Source of the DNA: Parvularculaceae bacterium | GTDB taxonomy: Bacteria; Pseudomonadota; Alphaproteobacteria; Caulobacterales; Parvularculaceae | Reading direction: 5' to 3' | Length of the DNA stretch: 57,452 nucleotides | Assembly (NCBI GenBank): GCA_040081755.1 | Contig: JBEBFW010000001.1 | Location: forward strand, 1-57,452 | Shown: positions 10,170 to 19,338 of the stretch, in pieces | How positions within the stretch are numbered: the stretch's first letter is position 1 | Layout: every line of letters starts with the position of its first letter | The notes under the pieces: generated by a model | Database searches by the model: none | What the model saw: only the letters and a program-made list of their open reading frames with translations | What the model was told of the DNA's origin: nothing | Position numbers and translations under genes: made by a program

Positions 10170-10207
10170 CGTGCTGTTCCAGGCCTCTTCTCTTACTGCC
10201 GCACATA

Positions 10208-10236
10208 GTTGAAGCCGCGTGGCCGAGCCGCTATAT
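10208..10236 (+). promoter_or_regulatory. sigma70 promoter for the FMN riboswitch / rib operon
   Basis: GTTGAA-N17-CTATAT, close to the alphaproteobacterial CTTGAC-N17-CTATAT consensus. Confidence 0.6.
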
Positions 10237-10264
10237 AGGGAGCGCGGATATACCGCAAAACGAG

Positions 10265-10403
10265 GATCTTCGGGGCGGGGTGAAAGTCCCCACCGGCGGT
10301 GATGCGGCGAAAGCCGACAAGCCCGCGAGCCGAGCGAGCGATCGCGAAGCACGAGCTGGTGAGAACCCAGGGCCGACGGTCACAGTCCGGATGGAAGAAG
10401 ATC
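10265..10403 (+). ncRNA. FMN riboswitch (RFN element)
   Basis: GGGGCGGGGTGAAAGTCCCCACCGGCGGT...AGCCCGCGAGC...CTGGTGAGAACCCAGGGCCGACGGT.ACAGTCCGGATGGAAGAAGA; P1 GATCTTC/GAAGATC; upstream of ribD. Confidence 0.97.
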
Positions 10404-10473
10404 GACGGCTTCGCTGCAAGCGAAGCGTGACCGGCTGTTCGCCGGGTTGCGCTCGCCCGTGAGCGCCGTAAAC

Positions 10474-10506
10474 GCCCCGTCGTTCCTTTGAGCACGGGGT
10501 CTTTTT
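10474..10506 (+). terminator. Riboswitch expression-platform terminator (attenuator)
   Basis: GCCCCGT(C)GTTC-loop-GAGCACGGGGT followed by CTTTTT; the 5' arm CGCCCCG can pair instead with CGGGGCG (10271-10277) in the aptamer. Confidence 0.7.
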
Positions 10507-11736
10507 ATGGCTCGAAACGCGGACGAGGTCGGCGCCGGGCGGATTTGGTTCAATCGAACGCCGGCGCGCGCGGACGCCAAAGAAAGCGCACGCGTCATTC
10601 GTTCAGTCGCCGTTGACGCTGGTCGCGGCGCCGACGAGCGATTCATGCAGCGCGCGCTTGAACTCGCGCGTCTCGGCCTCGGGCGAACCGCGCCAAACCC
10701 GATGGTCGGATGCGTCATTGTCAAGAACGGCCAGATCGTCGGCGAGGGCTGGCACAAAGGCGCTGGCCTTCCTCACGCCGAACCCGAAGCGCTTGCGGAA
10801 GCAGGAGAACGGTCTCGTGGAGCGCGCGCCTATGTAACTCTCGAGCCGTGCAACCACCAGGGGCGCACGCCTCCGTGCACGGAGGCTCTGCTCAAGGCGG
10901 GCATCGCCGAGGTCGTCTATGCGATCTCCGACCCCCATGCGCTTGCGGCTGGCGGCGCGACGCGCCTCCAGGGCGGCGGCATGCGCGTGCGCGCGGGCGT
11001 GCTGGAGAGCGAGGCGCGCGAGCTTAATCGCGCCTGGTTCCACACGCTAATCGCCGAACGCCCCTACGTCATCGCCAAGGCCGCCATGTCCCTCGACGGA
11101 CGCATCGCAACTGGCGGCGGCCACAGCAAATGGATCACCGGCGTATTGGCGCGCGAGAAGGGCCACGAGATCAGGCGCATGGCCGACGCCATTATCGCGG
11201 GCGCCGGCACGATCATCGCAGATGATCCCTCGCTGACCGCGCGCCCCTCCAGCGACCAGTTTGGCGGCGAGGAGCATTACCCTTGGCGCATCGTCCTCGA
11301 TTCGAAGGGCCGCGCCTCGCCCGGCGCCAAGGCCTTCGATCGCATCGGCAAGGGCGCAGCGCTCGCTACGACGTCCGCCGCTTCCGGGAAACGCCTCGAT
11401 CGCTACCGCGAACACGGCGTCGAGCCGCTCATCTGCGCGGCCGACGACCATGGGCGCCCACGCCTCGACGATCTCATGGAAATTCTCCACAAGCGCGGCG
11501 TCGTCACCGCCATGGTCGAGGGCGGCGGGGAGGTGCTTGGCGCCTTTCTCGACGCGGACCTTATTGACGAAGTCTGGCTCTTCATCGCCCCGATCCTCAT
11601 CGGGGGCGGACAGCCTGCGTTCGCCGGGATCGGCGCCGACCGTCTGTCGGACATTCACCGATTCGACTTCGCACCGCCCGAGACGATCGGGCCCGATCTC
11701 TTTGTGCGCGGACAGCGCGTGCGCGGAGGCGGCTGA
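10507..11736 (+). CDS. ribD: Bifunctional pyrimidine deaminase/reductase RibD (true start may be up to ~140 nt downstream)
   Basis: PNPMVGCVIV, HAE, TLEPCNHQGRTPPC, AMSLDGRIA, SKWIT, MVEGG. Confidence 0.95.
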   Translation: MARNADEVGAGRIWFNRTPARADAKESARVIRSVAVDAGRGADERFMQRALELARLGLGRTAPNPMVGCVIVKNGQIVGEGWHKGAGLPHAEPEALAEAGERSRGARAYVTLEPCNHQGRTPPCTEALLKAGIAEVVYAISDPHALAAGGATRLQGGGMRVRAGVLESEARELNRAWFHTLIAERPYVIAKAAMSLDGRIATGGGHSKWITGVLAREKGHEIRRMADAIIAGAGTIIADDPSLTARPSSDQFGGEEHYPWRIVLDSKGRASPGAKAFDRIGKGAALATTSAASGKRLDRYREHGVEPLICAADDHGRPRLDDLMEILHKRGVVTAMVEGGGEVLGAFLDADLIDEVWLFIAPILIGGGQPAFAGIGADRLSDIHRFDFAPPETIGPDLFVRGQRVRGGG

Positions 11737-12398
11737 TGTTCACCGGTCTTGTTGAAGAGATTGGAACTGTGCGCGCGGCCGGCCACGTCGGCGATGGGTA
11801 TCGGCTGAGCGTCGTTGCGCGGACCGTGCTGGAAGGCCTCAAGGTCGGGGACTCCGTCGCGGTCAACGGCGTTTGCCTCACCGTGACGAATTTCGACGCA
11901 GAGACTTTCTCGGTCGGCCTCGCGCCCGAGACGCTTTTAAAGACCGACCTTGGCGATATGCGCGCTGGTTCTCTCGTCAATCTTGAACGTGCGGCCCTCC
12001 CCGCGACACGGCTGGGCGGACACTATGTGCAAGGCCATGTCGACGCGACCGGCGCGATCAAGGCGTTCCGCCCCGATAGCGACGCGCTTTGGGTGACCAT
12101 CGCGGCGCCGCCGGACCTCATGCGCTACATCGTCCCCAAGGGGTATATCGCCATCGACGGCGCTTCGTTGACGATTGTGAACACTGGTCCCAACTGGTTC
12201 GACCTGACGCTCATCGCCTACAGTCAGGGGAAGTTGGTCCTTCCGCGGAAGAAACCGGGCGACAAGGTCAATCTCGAAGTCGATATCCTCGCCAAATATG
12301 TCGAGCGCCTTTTGCAACACCACAATCAGAGCCGGAGCCCGGACGCTTGCGCTCTCGATGCGCCGGTACGCCAAGCCTGGCAAGGAGCCGCCTCATGA
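11736..12398 (+). CDS. ribE: Riboflavin synthase (alpha chain)
   Basis: MFTGLVEEIG, GDSVAVNGVCLTV, VNLERA, GGHYVQGHVD, VNLEVDILAKYVE. Confidence 0.96.
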   Translation: MFTGLVEEIGTVRAAGHVGDGYRLSVVARTVLEGLKVGDSVAVNGVCLTVTNFDAETFSVGLAPETLLKTDLGDMRAGSLVNLERAALPATRLGGHYVQGHVDATGAIKAFRPDSDALWVTIAAPPDLMRYIVPKGYIAIDGASLTIVNTGPNWFDLTLIAYSQGKLVLPRKKPGDKVNLEVDILAKYVERLLQHHNQSRSPDACALDAPVRQAWQGAAS

Positions 12399-13036
12399 CA
12401 CTCGCGTCCGTCCCAGCCGCCCTCGCCTCCCTCCGGGCCGGCGAGTTCCTCATTGTGGTGGACGACGAGGATCGGGAGAATGAGGGCGACCTTGTCATCG
12501 CCGCCGATTTCGTCACGCCCTCGGCCGTCAATTTCTGCGCGCGTGAAGGTCGCGGGCTTGTCTGCTGCGCCATGGCGGGACAACTTATCGATAGATTCGG
12601 CCTGCCGCTCATGGTGCCCGAAGAGGCGAACCGCTCAGGGTTCGGCACCGCATTCACGGTCTCGGTCGAGGCGGCCAGGGGCGTCACCACCGGCATTTCC
12701 GCCTTCGATCGCGCCCACACCATCCGGACGCTGATCGACCCCAAGGCCGCACGCACCGACATCGTGACGCCCGGGCATGTCTTTCCGTTGCGCGCCCGGG
12801 ATGGCGGCGTTCTGGAACGCGGCGGCCAGACCGAAGCGAGCGTCGATCTTGCAGTAATTGCGGGCCTCACCCCTGCGGCGATGATCTGCGAGGTGATGAA
12901 TGACGATGGATCCATGGCGCGCTTGCCCGATCTCCAGATCTTTGCAGCGCGCTGGGGTCTCAAGATTGTCACGGTGAAGGCGATCGCCGACTACCGCCGC
13001 GCTGTCGAGCCTCAACAACTCCGCGCGGCAAGTTAG
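12395..13036 (+). CDS. ribB: 3,4-dihydroxy-2-butanone-4-phosphate synthase (stand-alone, no RibA domain)
   Basis: VVDDEDRENEGDL, TAFTVSV, TTGISAFDRAHTI, PGHVFPL, EASVDL; ATGA overlap with ribE; AAGGAG RBS. Confidence 0.95.
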   Translation: MTLASVPAALASLRAGEFLIVVDDEDRENEGDLVIAADFVTPSAVNFCAREGRGLVCCAMAGQLIDRFGLPLMVPEEANRSGFGTAFTVSVEAARGVTTGISAFDRAHTIRTLIDPKAARTDIVTPGHVFPLRARDGGVLERGGQTEASVDLAVIAGLTPAAMICEVMNDDGSMARLPDLQIFAARWGLKIVTVKAIADYRRAVEPQQLRAAS

Positions 13037-13045
13037 GAGCTATTC

Positions 13046-13525
13046 ATGGGAAGAACTTTCGAGGGACAGATGTCAGGCGCCGGGCTCAGGATCGGCATCG
13101 TCGCGACGCGCTGGAACGACTTTATCGTCGAGCGTTTAATCGCGGGCGCCAGGGACGCCGCCATCCGCCACGGCGTCGCTGAGGCGCGCATCGATCTCGC
13201 ATTGGCGCCCGGTGCATTCGAAATCCCCTTCGCCGCCAAGAAAATGGCCGAGACGGGACGCTACGACGCTATCGTCGCGCTCGGCTGCGTCATCAGGGGC
13301 GCGACGCCGCACTTCGACTACGTCGCCGGGGAAGCCGCTCGCGGAATCGGCGCCGTCGCGCGCGAGACCGGCGTGCCGATCTCGTTTGGCGTTCTGACCG
13401 TCGATACCATTGAACAGGCGATCGAACGCGCCGGAACCAAAGCCGGCAACAAGGGCGCCGAGGCCATGCTTGCAGCCATTGAGACCGCCAATCTCACCCG
13501 CGCCATAGAGGAGCGCAAATCATGA
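13046..13525 (+). CDS. ribH: 6,7-dimethyl-8-ribityllumazine synthase
   Basis: [37 protein letters not shown]. Confidence 0.96.
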   Translation: MGRTFEGQMSGAGLRIGIVATRWNDFIVERLIAGARDAAIRHGVAEARIDLALAPGAFEIPFAAKKMAETGRYDAIVALGCVIRGATPHFDYVAGEAARGIGAVARETGVPISFGVLTVDTIEQAIERAGTKAGNKGAEAMLAAIETANLTRAIEERKS

Positions 13526-14121
13526 CTGCCGAAACCGTTGCGTTGAAAGCCGTCGAGCAGCGTCCGAGCCGGCGCGAAGCCGAGGACGCAGTTACAATTT
13601 TGCTCTCCTATTTCGGCGAGGACCCCGCGCGCGAGGGTCTTGTCGATACGCCGCGCCGCTTCGTTGACGCGTATGAAGAATTTCTCGCCGGCTACGCCGA
13701 GGATCCGGTCGATCTTCTCTCCCGCACCTTCGAGGAGGTTGAGGGATATGACGAGATCGTGCTTCTCAAGAACGTCCGCTTCGAGTCGCACTGCGAGCAC
13801 CACATCCAGCCGATCATCGGCATGGCGCATGTCGCCTATCTGCCGTCGAAGAAAGTCGTCGGCATTTCGAAGCTCGCGCGGGTCGTCGATGCGCTGTCGA
13901 AGCGGCTCGTGAGCCAGGAGACGCTCACCAACCAGATCGCCCAGGCGATCGAGACCGCGCTGCGCCCGCGCGGCGTCGCCGTGCTCATCGACGCCGAACA
14001 TCAGTGCATGTCGACGCGCGGCGTCCACAAGACAGAGGTCTCCTGCGTGACGCAGGCATTGCTCGGCGCGTTCAGGGAACCCGAGATGGAAGCAAGATTT
14101 TTCCGGCTGGTGCGGGGTTAG
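13522..14121 (+). CDS. folE: GTP cyclohydrolase I (type IA), somewhat divergent
   Basis: [38 protein letters not shown]; ATGA overlap with ribH. Confidence 0.9.
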   Translation: MTAETVALKAVEQRPSRREAEDAVTILLSYFGEDPAREGLVDTPRRFVDAYEEFLAGYAEDPVDLLSRTFEEVEGYDEIVLLKNVRFESHCEHHIQPIIGMAHVAYLPSKKVVGISKLARVVDALSKRLVSQETLTNQIAQAIETALRPRGVAVLIDAEHQCMSTRGVHKTEVSCVTQALLGAFREPEMEARFFRLVRG

Positions 14122-14180
14122 GAGCGAATAGGGCATAGCGAATAGAGCCGGACTCTCGCTACTCGCTACTCGCTACTCGC
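14122..14180. repeat. Short heptamer repeats between convergent genes
   Basis: AGCGAATAG x2 followed by (CTACTCG)x3, roughly complementary to each other. Confidence 0.55.
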
Positions 14181-14881
14181 CTTCTTCTTCCGTACTGTCC
14201 ACGCACCAGTCGCATCGCGACGAGATAAATCCCGGTGAGCGCGAACAGCGTCCCGGTCACGGCGAAGATCTTGAGCGGCAAATTGTTGAAATCCTCCCGC
14301 TCCTTGTAATCCATGATGTGGAGCATCCAGAAGAAATCATAGAGACGCCAGACCTTGTTGCGGCGCGCTTCGATCGCCCCTGTTTCAGCCGAGACGTAAA
14401 TGCGCGTATCGAGAGCGTCTGAAAACTCGATGCGCCAGACCGGCGGCTCGCAGCCGCACTCGTGCGGCGCTTCGCGCAAGAGTCGCGCGGCGATGATTTC
14501 ACCCGCGCCCACGAAGTCCTGCTTGGCGACGGCGCGCGCCGCATCTTCCTTGAGTGGCGACAGCCTCTGCGCCGTCTGTGCGTCAAAGAGAGCCGCGCCG
14601 GCGATCCCTGTCACCAGATAGACCTGCCGGTTCATGAAACTGGTGAGCTTCACCTCGGTCGCGCCGGGCGATTGCGCGATGACGCCGCCGATGCTGGCGT
14701 AACCGAAGGCGCCAAGTTCGACAGGATAGGTCTGCAAGGCATTCGTCCGGCCACGGACGAGTTCGATATCGTAAAGGCTCATTACTGCGCCGGACAGCAT
14801 CCAGAGAAAAACCTGAATCCCTAACGCAAGCGCCAGCCAGTTATGCGTCACCGTCATGACGCGCTGGACCCGCGTCAACAT
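14159..14881 (-). CDS. PepSY domain / PepSY-associated TM protein
   Basis: HNWLALALGIQVFLWMLSG...RIYVSAETG...WRLYDFFWMLHIMDY. Confidence 0.8.
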   Translation of the reverse strand: MLTRVQRVMTVTHNWLALALGIQVFLWMLSGAVMSLYDIELVRGRTNALQTYPVELGAFGYASIGGVIAQSPGATEVKLTSFMNRQVYLVTGIAGAALFDAQTAQRLSPLKEDAARAVAKQDFVGAGEIIAARLLREAPHECGCEPPVWRIEFSDALDTRIYVSAETGAIEARRNKVWRLYDFFWMLHIMDYKEREDFNNLPLKIFAVTGTLFALTGIYLVAMRLVRGQYGRRRRVASSE

Positions 14882-14970
14882 CGGCGCTGACCGCCGGCCA
14901 GATGCAACATCGCCGCCGGGCGCTGAGGCCGCGCCGGCGGCGATGCCGATTTCAGGACGCGAGGGATCGC

Positions 14971-15267
14971 TCAGGCGGGCGTTCCAGAGAATGGGCCCGA
15001 ACCGAAGGCGCCGAATTTCACGGTGCCGTTGAGATTTTCGCCTTCCTGCTTGCCGCTGAATTCGAGCGTCAAGGGCATGGGCGAAGTCACCTTGGCGTTC
15101 CACTTCAATGCCTCGCCTTCGACCGAGCCGCCTTCGATGTTGATCGAGCCCATGGCGCCCGACATCTTGCCGTTGAGCGCCGCGCCGTCTTGCGTCAGCT
15201 CCACAACCGCCTTCTGGTCGCCCATCGGCGTCTTGATCGTCACATTCCACTTGCCGTTCACGGCCAT
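14971..15267 (-). CDS. Conserved small beta-rich hypothetical protein (98 aa)
   Basis: AAGGAGAAG RBS; MAVNGKWNVTIKTPMG...FGAFGSGPFSG; strong codon bias; 12-bp hairpin at 14908-14945 downstream. Confidence 0.8.
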   Translation of the reverse strand: MAVNGKWNVTIKTPMGDQKAVVELTQDGAALNGKMSGAMGSINIEGGSVEGEALKWNAKVTSPMPLTLEFSGKQEGENLNGTVKFGAFGSGPFSGTPA

Positions 15268-15390
15268 CTGTCTTCTCCTTGTCGGGCGGCGGAAAACGCC
15301 GCGGCTCCTGTCGGGGCGCGACCTTAGCCGAAGGCGCTTTGTGTGCAAGCGGGGCTTGCAGGAGGCGCGCGCCTTGCCCGACAACGCTCC

Positions 15391-16194
15391 ATGGCCATCG
15401 ATCTTGCCGCTCTGGTTGTCACCAATCTCGGCATCCTTCTTTGCTGCTTCATCGTGCTGTGGGCTTTGAGCGTAAAGCTCAAGGATGCGAGCGTTGTCGA
15501 TATCGCCTGGGGGCCCGCCTGCGCGCTTCCAGCGGCGCTCACATACCTCCGCACCGAGACCACGGACCCCCGTTCGGGACTGCTGACCCTCCTCGTGTTG
15601 CTTTGGGCCGCCCGCCTCGGTCTGCATCTGGCGCGCCGAAATCTTGGCCATGGCGAGGACTATCGCTATCAAGCCATGCGACGGAAACACCCTTCGGACG
15701 CTGCGTTCGCGCGCTGGAGCCTCGTTTACGTCTTCGGTCTTCAATGCGTCATCGCCTGGTTCGTCTCGCTCCCCGTTCAAATCGGCCAGATCGGCGGCGG
15801 CGGCGGCCTCCGCGAACTCGCATGGCTTGGGGCCGGCGTGTTCGCCATCGGCCTCTTTTTCGAAGCGCTCGGAGATTATCAGCTGGCGGAGTTCAAGAAG
15901 GATCCGGCCAACAAGGGCAAGCTTATGACCAGCGGCCTCTGGTCCTTGACGCGCCACCCGAACTATTTCGGCGACGCCGCGGTATGGACCGGCCTCACGC
16001 TGATCGCGCTCGAAGCGCCCTATGGATGGACGACGATTTTGAGCCCGATCGTCATGATCCACTTCCTCCACAACGTCTCCGGCAAGAAGCTGCTGGAGCG
16101 CTCTCTGGAAAAAAAATATCCCGAATACGCCGACTACAGACGAAATACGAGCGGCTTCCTCCCGATGCCGCCGCGCGCTACAAATCCCCCATGA
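15391..16194 (+). CDS. DUF1295 membrane protein (steroid 5-alpha reductase-like)
   Basis: DASVVDIAWG, GEDYRY, EALGDYQL, GLWSLTRHPNYFG. Confidence 0.88.
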   Translation: MAIDLAALVVTNLGILLCCFIVLWALSVKLKDASVVDIAWGPACALPAALTYLRTETTDPRSGLLTLLVLLWAARLGLHLARRNLGHGEDYRYQAMRRKHPSDAAFARWSLVYVFGLQCVIAWFVSLPVQIGQIGGGGGLRELAWLGAGVFAIGLFFEALGDYQLAEFKKDPANKGKLMTSGLWSLTRHPNYFGDAAVWTGLTLIALEAPYGWTTILSPIVMIHFLHNVSGKKLLERSLEKKYPEYADYRRNTSGFLPMPPRATNPP

Positions 16195-16717
16195 TGCGGA
16201 ACTCTCGCGGGCCGGCTTCCCAGCCGGATGCGGATTTCGTCAGCGGAAAATGGTAATAGAAAATGTTGACGATGCGTTTCGACTGGCGACCCTTCGGTCC
16301 TGAAAACGCCAGCATGGTCTTCGCCGTCGCCCTGTCGCCGGAGTCGGCCACGTCGAGCTTTTCCACATAGAACTCGGCGTCGCCTTCGTAACACTTCATC
16401 GTTCCCTTGAGCGCGGAGCGCTCGCACATTTCGGCGGTCTGAACCTCGCAGTCAGCGACATACAGTGTCGTATCGGGCGGCAGTCCATGGCGCTTGCGAA
16501 ACTTGCCTTCGGACTTCTTGTTGAAATTCGCGGGCATGATGCGGCAGTCGGCGCTGATGACGCCAGGTTCACGCTTGAACCGCGCGAATGTCGCTTCGGC
16601 GAGATCCCGAAACAGGGCGTCATCCGGCGAGACGTCATAGGTGTATGTCAACTCCCGCGCGGCCGCCGGCGTCGCGATCGCCAGGAGTGAAAACAAGAAT
16701 GCCGCTTTCCGAACCAT
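16178..16717 (-). CDS. Secreted hypothetical protein
   Basis: Signal peptide MVRKAAFLFSLLAIATPAAA; four Cys; natural-looking composition. Confidence 0.6.
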   Translation of the reverse strand: MVRKAAFLFSLLAIATPAAARELTYTYDVSPDDALFRDLAEATFARFKREPGVISADCRIMPANFNKKSEGKFRKRHGLPPDTTLYVADCEVQTAEMCERSALKGTMKCYEGDAEFYVEKLDVADSGDRATAKTMLAFSGPKGRQSKRIVNIFYYHFPLTKSASGWEAGPREFRIMGDL

Positions 16718-16793
16718 GCCTTGAATGCCCACCTGCCGCCGATCATTTAGCACGGCGCCGCAATCGCCGATACGCAAAAGCGGACAAGTCCGC

Positions 16794-17414
16794 CTACGGG
16801 AAATTTCGCCTCCAGACCGGCTTGAGCTTGTCCATCGCATCCGCGCGCCGCGCGATCGCGGCGAGCTTCGGCGCATCTTTCTCAAACCAAGCGCGGCGCG
16901 GACGCCAATGCGTCATGACGCCAAGATAGATGTCGATCGCGGAGAAGCGCTCGCCGAGAAACCACGGCGCGCCGGCCTCGTTCTCCACCGTCAACCACAA
17001 ACGCTTGCGATAGCCCCGGACCGCGTCGCGAAACGGCTTTTGCGCCGCCTCGACCTCGACAAAGCGCGAGGGTTCGTCCGCATAGGTGAAGGTCGGATAG
17101 ACATTGGCGACGAGAAACACGAGCCAGCGCAGGAATTGCGCGCGCTCCGGTTCGGCGGCCGACGGCTCAAGCTCCGCGCTCTTCGTGAGGTCCGCCAGAT
17201 AGAGCGTGATCGCGGCGCTCTCGGTCATGAGGGACCCGTCGTCGAGGATGAGCGTCGGCACCTGATGAATCGCGTTGTAGCGCTTCATGCTTTGGCGCGC
17301 TGCCGCCGACTGAAAGAGGTCGCCGACATCCTCGATCTCATGCGCCAGCCCATACCAGGCGAATTGCGTCTCGATCAGAGCCGAGCCCCAGCCTGGATTG
17401 GCGAAAAGCTTCAC
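16794..17414 (-). CDS. Glutathione S-transferase family protein
   Basis: GWGSALIE, NAIHQVPTL, MTESAAITLYL, WFLGERFSAIDIYL. Confidence 0.9.
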   Translation of the reverse strand: MKLFANPGWGSALIETQFAWYGLAHEIEDVGDLFQSAAARQSMKRYNAIHQVPTLILDDGSLMTESAAITLYLADLTKSAELEPSAAEPERAQFLRWLVFLVANVYPTFTYADEPSRFVEVEAAQKPFRDAVRGYRKRLWLTVENEAGAPWFLGERFSAIDIYLGVMTHWRPRRAWFEKDAPKLAAIARRADAMDKLKPVWRRNFP

Positions 17415-17421
17415 TTTGCAA

Positions 17422-19209
17422 TTACGGAGCGTCGGCGGCGACCCGGAAGCCCATATAGCGAATTTGATCGCCCGGCTTGTTGCGAATGCGATTGGCGACG
17501 CGCGTGTCCGCCGACCCGCTTGCGAACCCGCCGCCGCGCACCACGCGCACGGAGCAATCGCCGTTCGACGCGGCCGAGCCGTCGCGCGGCGTCTGCGTGA
17601 AGTTGTTGTTGTAACAATCCTCCGCCCATTCGCGCGCGTTGCTCAGCATGTCGTGAATGCCGAATGCGTTTGGATCGAAGGAGCCGACCGGCTTTGCCTC
17701 GCCGCGCGCCACCTTGCCGGCATCGAAGCTTGCGCCCCAGTGCCAGGGGCTCTCGGTTCCGCCGCGCGCGGCGTATTCCCACTCGGACTCCGTCGGCAGG
17801 CGGTACTTTTTCCCCGCTTTCCCGGAGAGCCAGCGCGCATACGCCTTCGCCTCATTCCATGAGACGCGAAGGACAGGCAGGTTCGCATCCGAGGCCGGTT
17901 TCGCCTGGCAGGCGCCGTCGGCGACACACTGGCCCCACTCGCCGACCGTCACTTCATAGACGCCGATGCGGAACGGCTTGACGGTCACTTCGTGCTGCGG
18001 ACCCTCATATGGATTGCGGCCGGACTCTCCTTCGGGGGAGCCCATTTGATAAACACCGCCAGGGAGCGCCGCCATCAGCGGACAGGAATCGCAGTCGCGG
18101 GCGGTGGAACCTGCCGTAGCGGGCGCTGTCGTCGAGGCGGGCTTCGCCGGCAAGGCCTGAGGCTCTGGCGGCGCCGCCGCTCCAGCTGCATCGGCGGGCG
18201 CCGTAACCGTCTCGTCCTCGATTGCGACAGCGGCGTCAGCCAGAGCATCCGTCGCGGGCTCCGACGGCGGCTCCGTCGTCGCCGCGCCGGAAGCTGTCGC
18301 GGCTGCAGGATCGACAGGCGCAGCTGCGGCGACCTGCGCCGCAGGCTCGGCGTTCACGGCGCTGGCGGCGCCCGAATTACTCCGCATCAGGAAGAAACCG
18401 GCGACGCCCGCTGCGGCGAGCGCCGCGACGCCTCCCGCGATCATGATCGCGCCGCCGGCGCCTTTCGATTTCGCCGCTGGCGCTGGCGCCGGTTTCGGCG
18501 CGGCTCTTGCTGCGGGCTGCGCGGCTGCTTGCGTCGGCGCGGGACGAGCGGCGGCGGCTGGTTGCGGCTGAGGCTTCGCCGCGGTCGCCGCGCGCGACAC
18601 GCGATCGATCGAGGCGATGCGGTTGCGCGCGAGATCCGCGAAATGGCCTCTCGGATATCTCGCAATGTAGGCTTCGAAATCGGCGCGCTCAGACCCATCC
18701 TTGATCGAGTTCCAGAAGGTCGTCTCGATATTGACTGAATTGTCCGAAGCCTTCGTGGACGACGGGGCCGGCGCCTGGGTCTGGGCCGCGGTCTGAGCAG
18801 CGGCCGGCGCGCCATTGCGCCGGGTGATCGCCGCGCGCACGTCGTTGACGAAATCGCGCCAGTTGGCGTCGTTGCGGTCGCCATGCCAGCGGGTCAGGTC
18901 CGCCGTTTGCAGCAGCTCGAAACGCACCGGGCGGTCGCATTCCTCGATGAGGGCCGGCACGAGCATCGAGCTTCGTTCCCCGACCGTCGCCTCGGCGCGC
19001 ACCCATTTTGAACTCGTTGACCGTTTCGACCACAGAACGACAACCGCGCCCGCGGACCGCAAATTGGTCTCGGTCACTTCCTCATAGTACTCGCCAGCTC
19101 GCAAGGCGGCGTCGTACCAGACGGAAAAGCCCTCGGCCTCAAGCCCAGTGGCGACTTCGCGCGCGGTATCCCGGTCTTCCCGGTTATAGGAAATGAAGAC
19201 GTCCGGCAT
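17422..19209 (-). CDS. TIR domain - helical repeat - TM - FGE-sulfatase (SUMF1-like) protein
   Basis: N-term DVFISYNRED...GFSVWYD...VVVLWSKRS..SKWVRAEA (TIR_2); ETTFWNSIKD..DFEAYIARYPRGHF repeat; TM at GAIMIAGG..FFLM; C-term YQMGS..EGPQHEV..RLPTESEWEYAARGG..NAFGIHDM..EW..DC..RVVRGG..GFRVA; GGAGAGG RBS. Confidence 0.88.
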   Translation of the reverse strand: MPDVFISYNREDRDTAREVATGLEAEGFSVWYDAALRAGEYYEEVTETNLRSAGAVVVLWSKRSTSSKWVRAEATVGERSSMLVPALIEECDRPVRFELLQTADLTRWHGDRNDANWRDFVNDVRAAITRRNGAPAAAQTAAQTQAPAPSSTKASDNSVNIETTFWNSIKDGSERADFEAYIARYPRGHFADLARNRIASIDRVSRAATAAKPQPQPAAAARPAPTQAAAQPAARAAPKPAPAPAAKSKGAGGAIMIAGGVAALAAAGVAGFFLMRSNSGAASAVNAEPAAQVAAAAPVDPAAATASGAATTEPPSEPATDALADAAVAIEDETVTAPADAAGAAAPPEPQALPAKPASTTAPATAGSTARDCDSCPLMAALPGGVYQMGSPEGESGRNPYEGPQHEVTVKPFRIGVYEVTVGEWGQCVADGACQAKPASDANLPVLRVSWNEAKAYARWLSGKAGKKYRLPTESEWEYAARGGTESPWHWGASFDAGKVARGEAKPVGSFDPNAFGIHDMLSNAREWAEDCYNNNFTQTPRDGSAASNGDCSVRVVRGGGFASGSADTRVANRIRNKPGDQIRYMGFRVAADAP

Positions 19210-19338
19210 TTTGCCTCTCCCGAAGGCGGGATAACTACCGCAACGGCGCGGGCTTTGGTAGTAAGCTGGCCAAGCGGCAAGAGCGCACGGGTCGATAACC
19301 GGCGCATACGGCCTATCGGGGCCTTGAAGACCTGGCGC

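Noticed and set aside
10170-10352. N-terminal extension of agmatine deiminase
   Set aside because: Overlaps the FMN riboswitch antisense; ATG 10169 has an RBS and begins the family motif
12089-12394. Possible fused domain ahead of RibB (e.g. RibA)
   Set aside because: Alternate frame of ribE with no GTP cyclohydrolase II Cys motif
17422-18100. FGE-sulfatase domain as a diversity-generating retroelement target
   Set aside because: No template repeat or reverse transcriptase in the window; a remote DGR cannot be excluded
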